From Alphaproteobacteria bacterium (lineage in GTDB: Bacteria; Pseudomonadota; Alphaproteobacteria; SHVV01): a stretch of 64,000 nt of DNA. Both the position numbers and the translations under genes were made by a program. The DNA is taken from contig OZ253470.1 in NCBI GenBank assembly GCA_965261735.1, positions 224,001-288,000 of the forward strand, written 5' to 3'. How positions within the stretch are numbered: the first letter of the stretch is position 1; each line of letters begins with the position of its first letter. Below, in pieces: positions 9,888 through 20,058 of the stretch. Below the pieces are notes generated by a model, which was not told where the DNA came from, ran no database searches, and saw only the letters and a program-made list of their open reading frames with translations.

Positions 9888-10513
9888 GCACCGGGGGGGA
9901 AATCGGGTACGCCAATCCACCGAGGAATACGCGGTTTAGAAATGGGCGGAGCGGCAACCCCAAGGGCCGCCCGCCCGGGCGTAACAAAAAGCCGCCCTAT
10001 GAAGCGGTTCTCGGGCAAATGGTGACCGTTCGCGAGGACGGCATCGAGAGGCGTGTGACCGCTGCCGAGGCCTTTGCTCTGTATCTCACCAAACAGGGGC
10101 TCGATGGCGACAATGCCGCCGCCCGGCAAGCTGCGGCGGCGATCGGAGACGCCCGTGCCAAACAAAGGGAATTCTCGCCTCAAGGCCGCCAGACGCTCGT
10201 CATTGAGCTTGTCAGTTCCTCATCCTTCCTCTGTCACGGGACTGTCAACACCGCCCTCGTGCCGCTGCGCATGGCCAGGAAGCTCGATCGAAATCGCAAC
10301 ACCGACCGGATGGCGCTCGAGCCCTGGATCGTCGAGATGGCGCTTGACCGCCTCGGCAGCCGACGCCTGACGCTGCTGGAGCAGCAACAGGTCCTGAGAA
10401 CAACCCGAACCCCAAAGAAGGTACGCTGGCCGGATTGGTGGGAGGCACTCCCCGAGGCCGGCTACAATTTTATGCCGGCCTCTGCGAAGTCGAAGCCACC
10501 CCGGAACAAATAG
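9884..10513 (+). CDS. DUF5681 domain protein (paralog of the upstream gene)
   Basis: IGYANPPRNTRFRNGRSGNPKGRP; shares a C-terminal LEPW.V..AL motif with the upstream gene. Confidence 0.8.
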   Translation: MSTGGEIGYANPPRNTRFRNGRSGNPKGRPPGRNKKPPYEAVLGQMVTVREDGIERRVTAAEAFALYLTKQGLDGDNAAARQAAAAIGDARAKQREFSPQGRQTLVIELVSSSSFLCHGTVNTALVPLRMARKLDRNRNTDRMALEPWIVEMALDRLGSRRLTLLEQQQVLRTTRTPKKVRWPDWWEALPEAGYNFMPASAKSKPPRNK

Positions 10514-10548
10514 GCCACATGATTGCCGCCATAACGATGTATCTCACC

Positions 10549-10593
10549 CTCATAACCTGAAGGTCGTTGGTTCAAATCCAACCCCCGCAACCA
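10549..10593 (+). other. 3' half of an initiator tRNA-Met (att-site relic)
   Basis: CTCATAACCTGAAGGTCGTTGGTTCAAATCCAACCCCCGCAACCA; no 5' half (acceptor 5' strand or D arm) upstream. Confidence 0.85.
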
Positions 10594-10597
10594 AGTC

Positions 10598-10636
10598 AAA
10601 CCCCCGCAAACGTTAATGTTTTCGGGGGTTTCTTTT
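10598..10636 (+). terminator. Rho-independent terminator
   Basis: AAACCCCCG...CGGGGGTTT hairpin followed by CTTTT. Confidence 0.7.
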
Positions 10637-10717
10637 GTCTGCGACATATCTGATTTTGTCAACCGTAAGCGTTCCGAAAGCGGATTCATTATAAATCCAG
10701 ACATCTCCTGACCGGGA

Positions 10718-10783
10718 GTGGTGTAGTGGTGTAAGGTGTAAGGTGTAAGGGTTCGGTGTAAGGTGTAAGGGTTCGGTGTGGTG
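10718..10783. repeat. GGTGTAA heptamer array
   Basis: Five GGTGTAA copies, including a 20-bp tandem GGTGTAAGGTGTAAGGGTTC x2 (10735-10774). Confidence 0.9.
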
Positions 10784-10794
10784 CCGGGTCCGAT

Positions 10795-11081
10795 CGTCCG
10801 ATCTGGCCACGATGGAGATCGTCGGCTGGTCGATGTCCGAGCGGCTGAAGAGCGTCCTGTGCGAGGATGCGCTGAAGATGGCGACCCGCAGCCGCCGGTT
10901 GCCCATGGGGCTGATCCACCATTCCGACCGCCGTCTGCGTACCGTCATAGCAACCTCCTATGCCAGAGTGTTGCGACGACCGATTGAACCCGCCCAATAT
11001 GCCTGCGGTGACTACCGCAAGCTGCTCCGCCTCCATGGCATCAAGGCCTCCATGAGCCGCAAGGGGAATTGCCTCGACAAC
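10795..11081 (+). pseudogene. IS3-family integrase-core fragment
   Basis: DLATMEIVGWSM..LIHHSDR / QYACGDYR..SMSRKGNCLDN; cut by the IS66 end at 11082. Confidence 0.8.
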
Positions 11082-11690
11082 GTAAGCCTCCGGGGTGAGC
11101 CGCCTTCTCGGATTAGTGTAATCAGGCGAGGTTGTGCGATCGGGAGTGGACACCTGTTTGGTGTCCACCAAGGTCTAAGTGGACACGATCGCAGATGTCG
11201 GAAGCAGTGGAGAATCCGAAGTCCGGGCGGGAAGGCCCGGGTGCGCTTCGTCGTCTCTGGTGCGATGCCGAGAAGCGCCGGATCGTAGCGGAAAGCTACC
11301 AGTCCGGGGTTTCTGTGTCGGTTGTGGCGCGGCGCAACGACGTGAACGCCAACCTGGTGTTCAACTGGCGGCGCCGGTTTCGCGAGCAGGCTGGCGGGGT
11401 CGGCGGCTTGGTGCCGGTGGTTGTGGAGCCGCCGCCGTTGGGTGCTGCTGCGGGGGATGCGCCGGCGGCGGGACGGATGGAGATCGCGCTGGCCGATGGC
11501 TCGCGGGTGATCGTCGACCGGGAGGTGGACGGTTCGGCGCTGGCGCGGGTGCTGGCGGTTCTGGCGCGCCGATGATCCCGGTTCCGGGAGGTGTTCGTGT
11601 CTGGCTGGCGAGTGGCGTGACCGACATGCGGCGCGGCATGAACACCCTGGCGCTTCAGGTCCAGGAGGATCTCGGGCGCGACCCGCACCG
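11082..11690 (+). mobile_element. IS66 partial copy (left end, tnpA 11195-11575, truncated tnpB from 11572)
   Basis: GTAAGCCTCCGG end; Tnp[26 protein letters not shown]; Tnp[15 protein letters not shown]. Confidence 0.9.
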
Positions 11691-11745
11691 CGGTTTAGCG
11701 TGGCACAGTACCGGGAGAAATCCGACCTTTGTGTACAACATTCTC

Positions 11746-14697
11746 TTAACCGTCCGGAAACGGATCCCCGTGTTCCACGTCGTCTGTCCAATAATTAAAT
11801 CTTGCCCGCAGAAAATCATCTATGGCCTCGAAATCGGGCGTTTGTTGGTGACATTCAAGTCTCAATGTTCTTAGTGTTGCGACTTGTGAAAGCTTCAGAG
11901 CCCGTCGCATAGATTCCTCAGTGTACTCTGACATTGGCGCTGGCGTCGTATTTTCACTTTCTTGGCGACCCATAGCATCACTCACACTTTCCTTCAATTT
12001 CTGCAATGCATCGCTCACTGGCGTTTCAAGCTGGGAGGCTCGATAATTCCACGTGATATTTGCTATCGCAACCAGCATATGCCAATCTAGCCATCCTTCA
12101 CGTCTCAAGTTTCTCACGATATCGAGAAACGCTGCGCATGCCGACAACCTCGCCAACGTAAATTTAATGGACGCACTAACGTTTTGGTAACGATTTCGTA
12201 TGTGCTCTGCCGAAGAGCTTTTGCTGTATCCAGGACCAGGCCCTTCAAACCAAGCCATACTTTTGTGTTCTGTTACTCGAAACGACATCGGTGCCTGTGG
12301 TATCGTCCAATTAAAACGCTCTTCATCAAATGGTCGAGAATCCGAGATACAATTCCTATAGAGATCTTCATATGGTCTTGCTATTTGGATTTTGGATACG
12401 ACGCCTTTCTTCAACGAATGTGACATCAATTCAAAAAATTCTGAATCAGAGAGAAGAGACACTTCTCGAATAATAGCCGTTACGAATCCGAAAGCTTCCT
12501 TTTGCACTTCATCCAATTCAACATTTTCCCTTTGCATTGAGAAATGGATTATCCAGAGTCGCCGTTTGTTTGATGTCTTGCTCTCAATTTTTGAATTCGT
12601 CTTACTCCGTGCTCTCACTTCGACCCTGATCTGAGATCGAAGAATACAGAGGTCTAGTCCGGCCCATTCCGCCATCAAAACCTGGGCCGTCGACATGAAT
12701 TGCTCCGCGACTGCTGTAGCCGAGTACGTATTGTCCCATGAAACGGTCCACGTTAGACCCAACTGCTTCCAGATAACCGTTCTTGTTGCCCCGACATCAC
12801 CAAACGGTTTACCTAAAAATTGACTCTGAAGATTATCCCAGACTGCAGCATTGCTCTTCTTAGACCAGACTTTGCGAGCTGCCGTGAAAGCTTCGTCAAC
12901 CATGTCGGCAAAGGGCCAATCCGCTACCAGCTCTTGCATCCGCGGTACCATGGTCGGTGTGAATCGTTCAGCTACCAATAGGGCGATCCCGGCGTGATAG
13001 CTTATCTCCTCCATTTGGGAGTCTATGGTCTCTGGGTTCTGCTCTTGATTTGGCACCAGGTGGTAAGCGAGCATTGCTGTATGCGCCAATCCTAGGAAAT
13101 CGCACCAGCAACCCTGTGCATATTCACATCTTGCAACCAGCATAAATGCCGGAGGAGCGTGACGCTTTAACTCTTTCTTGGTGGTTTGCATAGAGATGTA
13201 CGCAGCTGCCATCGCGTACTGCTTAGCCGCATACGTAAGACCCAGTTCTAGGTACCACATAGAAAGCATCATCATGGTCAGGATAGAGCCGCCGAGGGTT
13301 TCGTCAGCAAACCACGCTATCTTCGCTCGATGTAGTTCAGTGATAGCTTTTAAAATCTGGTCTCTCTCGCGCAACGCCATGCTACGGTCGCGACACTTTT
13401 CAGCAGCTTTGAAGCCACCGTACCGTTCAGCCAGAAGATCGTCCAACCTATTTGTGATATCTTCAAGTTGAGAAGCATCGCCAAGCAATCGGATAATCTC
13501 GGTCACCCTGTCCGCGAAACGCTCCAATGGGTAAAGAGGCGCGTCAACAACCAGGTCGAGCATTTCTGACCACAGACTCGTGGTCTCGTTCAAGTCCGGA
13601 TACGATGCACCGTGCATAGCCCCCTGGAACACAATAAGATTATACCCGAGTGATTCCAGATACATACATTTGTTAGTAGGTGACTGCGTAACGAAAATCT
13701 GTTCCCTCAGACGCCTCTGAATGGAAATTCCTACGACCCTAATTTCGGCAAGAGTAAGCTGAACCGCATTTTGTTGGTAGGCACCGCAGCAGTATAGAAT
13801 CAGCACGCCGGCGTCTTCGAGATCTGCAGCAATCTCCAATTGGTCGATACGCGAGAAATAGCGACGGAGGTCTTGCTCCAATCCTTCCATAGATCCGAGA
13901 CCCTGAAGGGAAGCGACAGCAATCTCATATGTCGCGCGCCAATACAATTTCTCCGGACATCCTTCATCTTCCTGAAAAGCACGCAAGCAGGATATCCAAA
14001 GTGGCAGGTCACTTTTAGCGCGGTCTGCAAACGTTGCATGTCGAACTGCAGATACCAATTCATCAAAGTTTGCCGGGTTTCTTAGAAAATCATCGCAATG
14101 TGTCCATCGTTTGACCGCAGAGTTATACCAACTGTCACCTTCTTCGGCGTCAAGGTGCGGACGAAATTCGCGCGGAATTGAAAGGAAATGTTCAGCTATC
14201 CAAAATATCTCGACGTCACATAATAGCTCTGACAAAGCCTGTGAATCGTACAATTCAAGATGTACGTGATGATGCGTGTGTGCCCATGCTTGTAACTCGT
14301 GTCTACGACCAGTGGATATGTCACAAGCAAAAAACATGTGTATGGAGGCAACACATTGACCAGGTTCCATTATGAGTTTGATGTCTTTTTTTATCTTTCT
14401 GGCAATATTGTCCTTTTGCAGTGAGCAACCGAATACGACTAGGCCTTCAGATGCCGAACCAACGAATGAAGGACAAGTTAGAGGGGATTTGTGGATATAC
14501 GTACGAAATGTCTCAAAATCACGACCTTGATCTCCACCTGCCGACACCGGTCCGGTGGCAGGAAGAATGTTGCTACATATTCGAAGCCGCGCGAAATGCC
14601 TACACATGTGCTCAAATTCGTGATGAGCATTGCGTGCCGACAATTGCCCCTCGATGGCGAAGCGTATTTGTGCGATGACTTGAGGTACGGTGGCCAA
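11746..14697 (-). CDS. Large (about 980 aa) hypothetical protein with an N-terminal restriction-endonuclease-like domain and helical repeats
   Basis: Long ORF, visibly lower in GC than the flanks; [25 protein letters not shown] resembles Mrr-like PD-(D/E)xK folds; TTG start with GGAG 7 nt upstream. Confidence 0.7.
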   Translation of the reverse strand: MATVPQVIAQIRFAIEGQLSARNAHHEFEHMCRHFARLRICSNILPATGPVSAGGDQGRDFETFRTYIHKSPLTCPSFVGSASEGLVVFGCSLQKDNIARKIKKDIKLIMEPGQCVASIHMFFACDISTGRRHELQAWAHTHHHVHLELYDSQALSELLCDVEIFWIAEHFLSIPREFRPHLDAEEGDSWYNSAVKRWTHCDDFLRNPANFDELVSAVRHATFADRAKSDLPLWISCLRAFQEDEGCPEKLYWRATYEIAVASLQGLGSMEGLEQDLRRYFSRIDQLEIAADLEDAGVLILYCCGAYQQNAVQLTLAEIRVVGISIQRRLREQIFVTQSPTNKCMYLESLGYNLIVFQGAMHGASYPDLNETTSLWSEMLDLVVDAPLYPLERFADRVTEIIRLLGDASQLEDITNRLDDLLAERYGGFKAAEKCRDRSMALRERDQILKAITELHRAKIAWFADETLGGSILTMMMLSMWYLELGLTYAAKQYAMAAAYISMQTTKKELKRHAPPAFMLVARCEYAQGCWCDFLGLAHTAMLAYHLVPNQEQNPETIDSQMEEISYHAGIALLVAERFTPTMVPRMQELVADWPFADMVDEAFTAARKVWSKKSNAAVWDNLQSQFLGKPFGDVGATRTVIWKQLGLTWTVSWDNTYSATAVAEQFMSTAQVLMAEWAGLDLCILRSQIRVEVRARSKTNSKIESKTSNKRRLWIIHFSMQRENVELDEVQKEAFGFVTAIIREVSLLSDSEFFELMSHSLKKGVVSKIQIARPYEDLYRNCISDSRPFDEERFNWTIPQAPMSFRVTEHKSMAWFEGPGPGYSKSSSAEHIRNRYQNVSASIKFTLARLSACAAFLDIVRNLRREGWLDWHMLVAIANITWNYRASQLETPVSDALQKLKESVSDAMGRQESENTTPAPMSEYTEESMRRALKLSQVATLRTLRLECHQQTPDFEAIDDFLRARFNYWTDDVEHGDPFPDG

Positions 14698-15044
14698 GGT
14701 CACACTCCATGAAGAAAGCAATGCTGTAGGTGTGCAAGCGCTGAGCAAATGTGGCGAGGCTAAACTCTGGGAAAGGCATTGGCTAGTTGCATCTCGTAGA
14801 CTTACCAGAGGCATTTCTCGTTCTGCCGCCCTTGGAGCGCGTTCCCATCGCCCTGAGCGAATGCGGAGACCGACGATTTGGAAACACAGACCGAAAGTCG
14901 AATAGTGCAATATATCGACTCCTTTCAATAGGAAAAATTGGCATATCTGACTGTGGGAGGCACGGGCGCTCATCGACTGGATTATTGGTGGGAGGGTGAA
15001 CATTATTCACTCCATTGACGCAGCGCAGGTAACGAAGTGTCGTG

Positions 15045-16040
15045 TGTGGACGCCCCCGGTGACGCAACATTTTCTTCGGTCGGCTCGGCGCATGAGGTAA
15101 GGCACAGTCGTATGTGCCGCGGGCCCTCATGGAGATGCGAGGACCGGGTCCATATCGCTTACGCGAGCTTGATGGCTCTGCGTTGCGAAGCTGGTTCTCC
15201 CGATCCCGTCTCGATCGACCGTTTGCCCTTGCCTTTCCTCAGACCTGCCCGCGTCCCCGACAGCTACCCACCCGGCTGCCCTGTCAGGCGGCGGCGGGAG
15301 CCCGATAACTTTCCTTTTTCTTCATCAGCGCCCAAACAATGCGCGCCATCCGGTTGGTCAGTGCCACGGCGACCAGCATGCGCAGGCGTGCGCATCAGCA
15401 TCCTGGCGAGCCATGGGTCGTTCGTCCGGCCGCGCCGAGCCGCCCAGCGGACGACCGCGATGGCGCCCGTGATCAAGAGCCGCCTCAGATCGCGCTGGCC
15501 CATCTTCGATATTCGGCCAAGCTGCGGCTTGCCGCCGGTCGTGTGCTGGCGCGGCACCAAGCCGAGCCAGGCGGCAAAGTCCCGGTCGCGCCGGAAGGTC
15601 TCCATCGGCGGCGCGAAGGCCTGAACCGCCATCGCGGTGATCGGGCCGATCCAGGCACGGTCATCAGACGACGCACCTCTTCGTCCTGCCGGGCGGCCGC
15701 CAGTATTTCCTCTTCGAGACTATCGATCTTCGTGCCGAGCCCGGCGATCTGCTCCAGCAGAAGGCCGGTTATTTCGCGGACCGTTTCCGGGAAATCCAGG
15801 TCCGGATCGTCAAGCGCCGACACCAAACGCCCGACATGAACCGCACCGTGGGGCGCAACGACGCCGAACTCCGCCAGATGGCCGCGCAGCGCGTTGATCG
15901 TCTGGGTCCCCTGGCGCACCAGGAGATCGCGCGTGCGGAACAGCATGCCCCGAGCCTGCTGCTTGGCGGTCTTCACTGCCACAAAGGTCATGGTCGGGCG
16001 CGACGCTGCCTTGCAGATCGCCTCCGCGTCCGCTGCATCA
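15045..16040 (-). mobile_element. IS110/IS1111-group remnant: frameshifted, 5'-truncated transposase plus 3' non-coding region
   Basis: KRQKNDAADAEAIC, AAWLGLVPRQHTTGGK..LGRISKMG; stop at 15284; TGTGGACGCCCCC subterminal-like end at 15045. Confidence 0.85.
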
Positions 16041-16376
16041 TTCTTTTGCCGCTTGTTGTTCGGCTGGTGGACTGGACGCAGATCGGCTTGGAAACGTATT
16101 GATCTGTTTTGCCTTTGCGGGGTCCAGAAAGGAGTCCGAGTAACATTCTTCCAAGGTCGCACGAATGCGCGCGATCTTGCCCCGCGGGTCGCTTCTGGTA
16201 GGCTGCCCGCACCGGGAACCCTCTATGTCCTTTCAAACGCCATCGTACACTCGCCGTTCCTCACCGCCGCAGTCGCGAAGCGAGCCGCAGACCACATCAC
16301 GCGGGCAACCGGCGCAACGCGACCGCGGCCGTTGACCGTGCCGACAGATGCCGGAGCGGTTGGCGACCCCCGGCCG

Positions 16377-19300
16377 GTGCTGCACGACTGGGATCGGGCG
16401 AAGACCCGGATCCTCGCGTCCAACACGGCCCAGGGTGTGCACAAGCACCTTCGGACCCTGGAGTCCAACCGCTCGCGCGTCCTTCCGCGCTGGATCTGGG
16501 AACTCCTCCAGAACGCCCGAGACGTTTCGGACGGAAACGCGAGCCTAGTCGCCTCGGTAGAGGTGCGCGACGGCGAGCTGACCTTCTGCCACAACGGGCG
16601 CGGATTCGAACCCGACGAGATCACGCACCTCGTCTACTACGGCTCGACGAAACTCGAGCGCGACGACGCGGTCGGCCAATTCGGCAGCGGATTCCTGACC
16701 ACGCACCTGCTGTCCCTCACCATCGAGGTGTCCGGGCAACTGACGGACGGCCGAGCGTTCGCTTTCCGGCTCGACCGGGGCGGCGACTCCGTGGCCGACC
16801 TGCAGCGCCGCATGGACGCCTCGTTCGAGGCCTTCAAGTCCTCGCTGGCGCCTGCGGGCGACCGCAGCGTTCCGGGAGCCACCACCACGTTTCGGTACCT
16901 GATCGATGAGCGCGCTTCGGAGGCTGTGCAGAAGGGTGTGCGGGCCTTGGCGCTAATCGGGCCCTACGTGACCGCTGTCAACCAGGAGTTCAAGCGCATC
17001 CAGATCAAGACGGCGAATTCCGGAATCGTTCTCGAGCTGAGGAAACGGCGCGTCCTCGCCGAATACATCGAGGAAGTGGAAGTCGATGTGTCAGCGCACG
17101 ACAGCGCACCGGGGGAGCGCCGTAGCCACGTCGTCGCCGAATTCGATGGAGTAGCCGTGGCGATCCCCTTCGAGCGCCGGGGCGAGGACGTGGCCCTGGT
17201 GTCGCCGACAAGTGCGCCTAAGCTGCTGTTGGGATTCCCTCTGATCGGGACGGAGGACTTCAGCTTCCCCGCGGTTGTTCACAGCCTGCGGTTCTCGCCC
17301 ACCGAGGAGCGGGACGGGGTCTATCTCGGACAGAGCGACGATCAGGTCAATTGCGAGAATCAGGCAGTCCTCGAGCAGGCCTGCCGGCTGCTTCTTTCGA
17401 TCGCCGGGTTCGCGGCGAAGTCGGGCTGGTCGCGCACCTACTTGCTCGCCGAAGTACCGCCCGTCCAGGCGCACAGGTGGCTGAACGAGGCTTGGCTGCG
17501 CAATTGCCTCAAGACGCATCTGGTCGATCCGATACGCGCCACGCCGTCGGTTCTGACAGAGTCTGGTGGCGCCGTCGCGCCGAAAGCCTCCACCCTGCCG
17601 ACGGCCGACTCACCGGAGGCGGTGGACCGGTTGTGGTCGCTGGCCCGCGCCCTGACGGCCCTGAAGGACACACTCCCTAGACAGGCGGAGGCTCAGGGCT
17701 GGTCTAGGGCGGCCCGGAAATGGGCGGCCCTGTACGCTTGCCCTATCGACAAACTCGAAGAAACGATGGACGGGCGCGATCTCGTTGGCCACGCCGAGTC
17801 CGCTGGATCGATCGAGACGCTGCAGGCCCAGCTCGAGGACGGCGACGTGACGAGTTGGCTGGACGAACTGCACGGCTTCCTATCGGCTAACGGCTTCGAC
17901 GACGCGCTGCGAGGTCGAAAAATCGTCCCGGATCAGAACGGTCGGTTCAGCACGCTCTCGAATCTGCATCGTGACCGGGACATCCCCGGTGAGTTGAAGG
18001 AAATCGCGCAACTCGTCGGCTGGGATCTCCGTGCGGAGCTGCGGGACACGCGCTTCTGTACGCTCGCCGACGAACCTGGAGCGGGAGACGTCGATGGCGA
18101 CTTCGTCATCCTGAAACTGATCGACTGCCTACGCGAATGCATGGAGAAGCCGCTCGACGACGATACCAAGGTCGCCAACGTGCGGCTCTTCGGCTGGCTA
18201 GCCGTGCACGGTCAATGGCGTCACCTCGAAGGATTCCCCGCGTTCTCGGATGAGGGCGCCTCGAGCACTACCATAAAGCTGGTCCGACACGAGGACGACG
18301 GCTCCGAGCGGCCCCTCGCGCCCGTGCGGACATGGCCGGAGCCACTTCGGCAATACGCGGACCTGTTCCCCCGACGCCGCATAATGGCTGACGACTTCGC
18401 CGACGGACTTGACAATCCCTCGGCGTGGTCCGCGCTCGACCAGCGCAGCTTCCTCCGCACGAGTGTCCTGTACACCCGAGCGTTACCATTCGACGAGTTT
18501 TTTCCGGATGAACCCCTGCCCGAAGGGGACGAGGGCAAAGTCGATCACAAGGTAGACGGCACCGTCGAGGTCACGGACGTCGCCTTCCTGTCAATGAGAG
18601 ACATCGGGGTCCTATCCAGGGTCCGCCAGAGCCGAGTTCAGGCACAGCTCTTCTGGGACTTTCTCACTCGATGGCTTGCAGTTGAGGACGCCCAGGGACT
18701 AGAGGCCCAGGAGTCGATGTGTGTATGCGGATCGCCTCACCGCTACTATCCGGCAGCATGGCTCGTCCCCGTCGCACGTAACCAATGGGTTCCGCTGGAG
18801 GGCCGGCGCACCGATCGGGCCAGGGCACACTCCCTCGCGAACCTCGTCCGCCACAGCGAATGGCCGGCGGATCTCCTGCGAAAGAGTCCGCAGGTCGTCG
18901 CCCTCCTGAAGGCGCTCCGGGTCGGCGTGCCCGAACTCATCATGGAGCTCTTCACGACGGACAACGAGGAGCGGGAGGCCCTGGACGAGATGCTCGCGCA
19001 GCTACTGACGTCCGTTGGCAGCGACTGGGGTCGTTTGCAGGTGCTCGCCGACGACATACAGGAGGATAGGGAACTCTTCGACCACCTCGAAGAACGCCGG
19101 CAGCGCCGTCGCATGGTGCGCGAGAATCAGAGACTAGGTGCGCTCGTCGAGGAGCTGGTCAGGGAGAGTCTGGAGGGCGAGGGCTTCGATGTCCGCCGTA
19201 CTGGCGTCGGCTCGGACTTCGCCATACAGCCCCGCCCGACTGCGGAAGACGAACAAATCCGGCTCGAATTGACCCGGCGCGGCCGGACTTGGCTCGTCGA

Positions 19301-19688
19301 GATCAAGTCCGCTCGTGACGACAGCGTGAGGATGACGTCCGTCCAGGCGCGAACTTCCGTCGAACACGACTCCGACTACCTGCTTTGCGTTGTGCCGATC
19401 ATCCCTGGACCAGAGGATCCGGACATCGAGGCCGTTCGCCGATGCATGCGCTTCGTCGACGGAGTCGGCGCGCGCCTCGCAGGCATCTGTGCCGATCTGA
19501 ACAACTTCGAGAGCTTCCGCGACAGCGTCACCGTCGAAGATGCGGCGGGATTCCGCCTCGAGCTGGATTCGGGCTCGCCGCGCATCCGCATCGGCAGCAC
19601 GGTGTGGGAGGCCGGATTCGGACTTGAGAACCTCTTCTCCCGACTTACCGCGACGGACGGCGGTCGCGACGGTGCCGCCGGACATTAG
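16377..19688 (+). CDS. Sacsin-like GHKL ATPase with a C-terminal DUF3883/NOV-like PD-(D/E)xK nuclease
   Basis: WELLQNARD, FCHNGRGF, GQFGSGFLTTHLLS; C-terminal G..VE..V..L..EGFDV..GSDF..VEIKS. Start uncertain (GTG at 16377 or 16338). Confidence 0.8.
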   Translation: MLHDWDRAKTRILASNTAQGVHKHLRTLESNRSRVLPRWIWELLQNARDVSDGNASLVASVEVRDGELTFCHNGRGFEPDEITHLVYYGSTKLERDDAVGQFGSGFLTTHLLSLTIEVSGQLTDGRAFAFRLDRGGDSVADLQRRMDASFEAFKSSLAPAGDRSVPGATTTFRYLIDERASEAVQKGVRALALIGPYVTAVNQEFKRIQIKTANSGIVLELRKRRVLAEYIEEVEVDVSAHDSAPGERRSHVVAEFDGVAVAIPFERRGEDVALVSPTSAPKLLLGFPLIGTEDFSFPAVVHSLRFSPTEERDGVYLGQSDDQVNCENQAVLEQACRLLLSIAGFAAKSGWSRTYLLAEVPPVQAHRWLNEAWLRNCLKTHLVDPIRATPSVLTESGGAVAPKASTLPTADSPEAVDRLWSLARALTALKDTLPRQAEAQGWSRAARKWAALYACPIDKLEETMDGRDLVGHAESAGSIETLQAQLEDGDVTSWLDELHGFLSANGFDDALRGRKIVPDQNGRFSTLSNLHRDRDIPGELKEIAQLVGWDLRAELRDTRFCTLADEPGAGDVDGDFVILKLIDCLRECMEKPLDDDTKVANVRLFGWLAVHGQWRHLEGFPAFSDEGASSTTIKLVRHEDDGSERPLAPVRTWPEPLRQYADLFPRRRIMADDFADGLDNPSAWSALDQRSFLRTSVLYTRALPFDEFFPDEPLPEGDEGKVDHKVDGTVEVTDVAFLSMRDIGVLSRVRQSRVQAQLFWDFLTRWLAVEDAQGLEAQESMCVCGSPHRYYPAAWLVPVARNQWVPLEGRRTDRARAHSLANLVRHSEWPADLLRKSPQVVALLKALRVGVPELIMELFTTDNEEREALDEMLAQLLTSVGSDWGRLQVLADDIQEDRELFDHLEERRQRRRMVRENQRLGALVEELVRESLEGEGFDVRRTGVGSDFAIQPRPTAEDEQIRLELTRRGRTWLVEIKSARDDSVRMTSVQARTSVEHDSDYLLCVVPIIPGPEDPDIEAVRRCMRFVDGVGARLAGICADLNNFESFRDSVTVEDAAGFRLELDSGSPRIRIGSTVWEAGFGLENLFSRLTATDGGRDGAAGH

Positions 19689-19769
19689 GCCAGCCGTGCG
19701 GACCAGCGTCGCGATGGCGGTGCCGACCCAAATGCCCCCTGGTTGCCGGTCATGGGTGCGCGGGGGGGG

Positions 19770-19823
19770 GTCAACGGCAACCGAAAATCGCACAGTTTTG
19801 ATAATCGAAAATAGCACAGTTCG
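19770..19823. mobile_element. Isolated IS21-family terminal sequence
   Basis: GTCAACGGCAACCGAAAATCGCACAGTT followed by the internal repeat CGAAAATAGCACAGTT. Confidence 0.6.
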
Positions 19824-20058
19824 AGCGCGGGGTCGTGCCCCTAGGACGCGGTGTTGGGGTGTGGGATTCGGTGGAGCTGTGGGTAACCGGGTTGGCGCAG
19901 CGACCGCCACGAGTCTGGCGGCGCCCGCAGGTCTCGCGGAACAGCAGGACCGGCATGTCGTCCGGTGACGGCGTCCCGAACTCGATCCACGGATATTCCG
20001 TGAGGTCGGCAATGGTGGGCGGTGCCGTCGGGCAGCGGATGACCGGCATGGGTGCACA

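Noticed and set aside
10549-10593. Functional tRNA-Met gene
   Set aside because: The 5' acceptor strand and D arm are absent.
15894-16376. N-terminal extension of the sacsin-like ORF
   Set aside because: It is antisense to the IS110 remnant and intergenic DNA, so it is open by chance.
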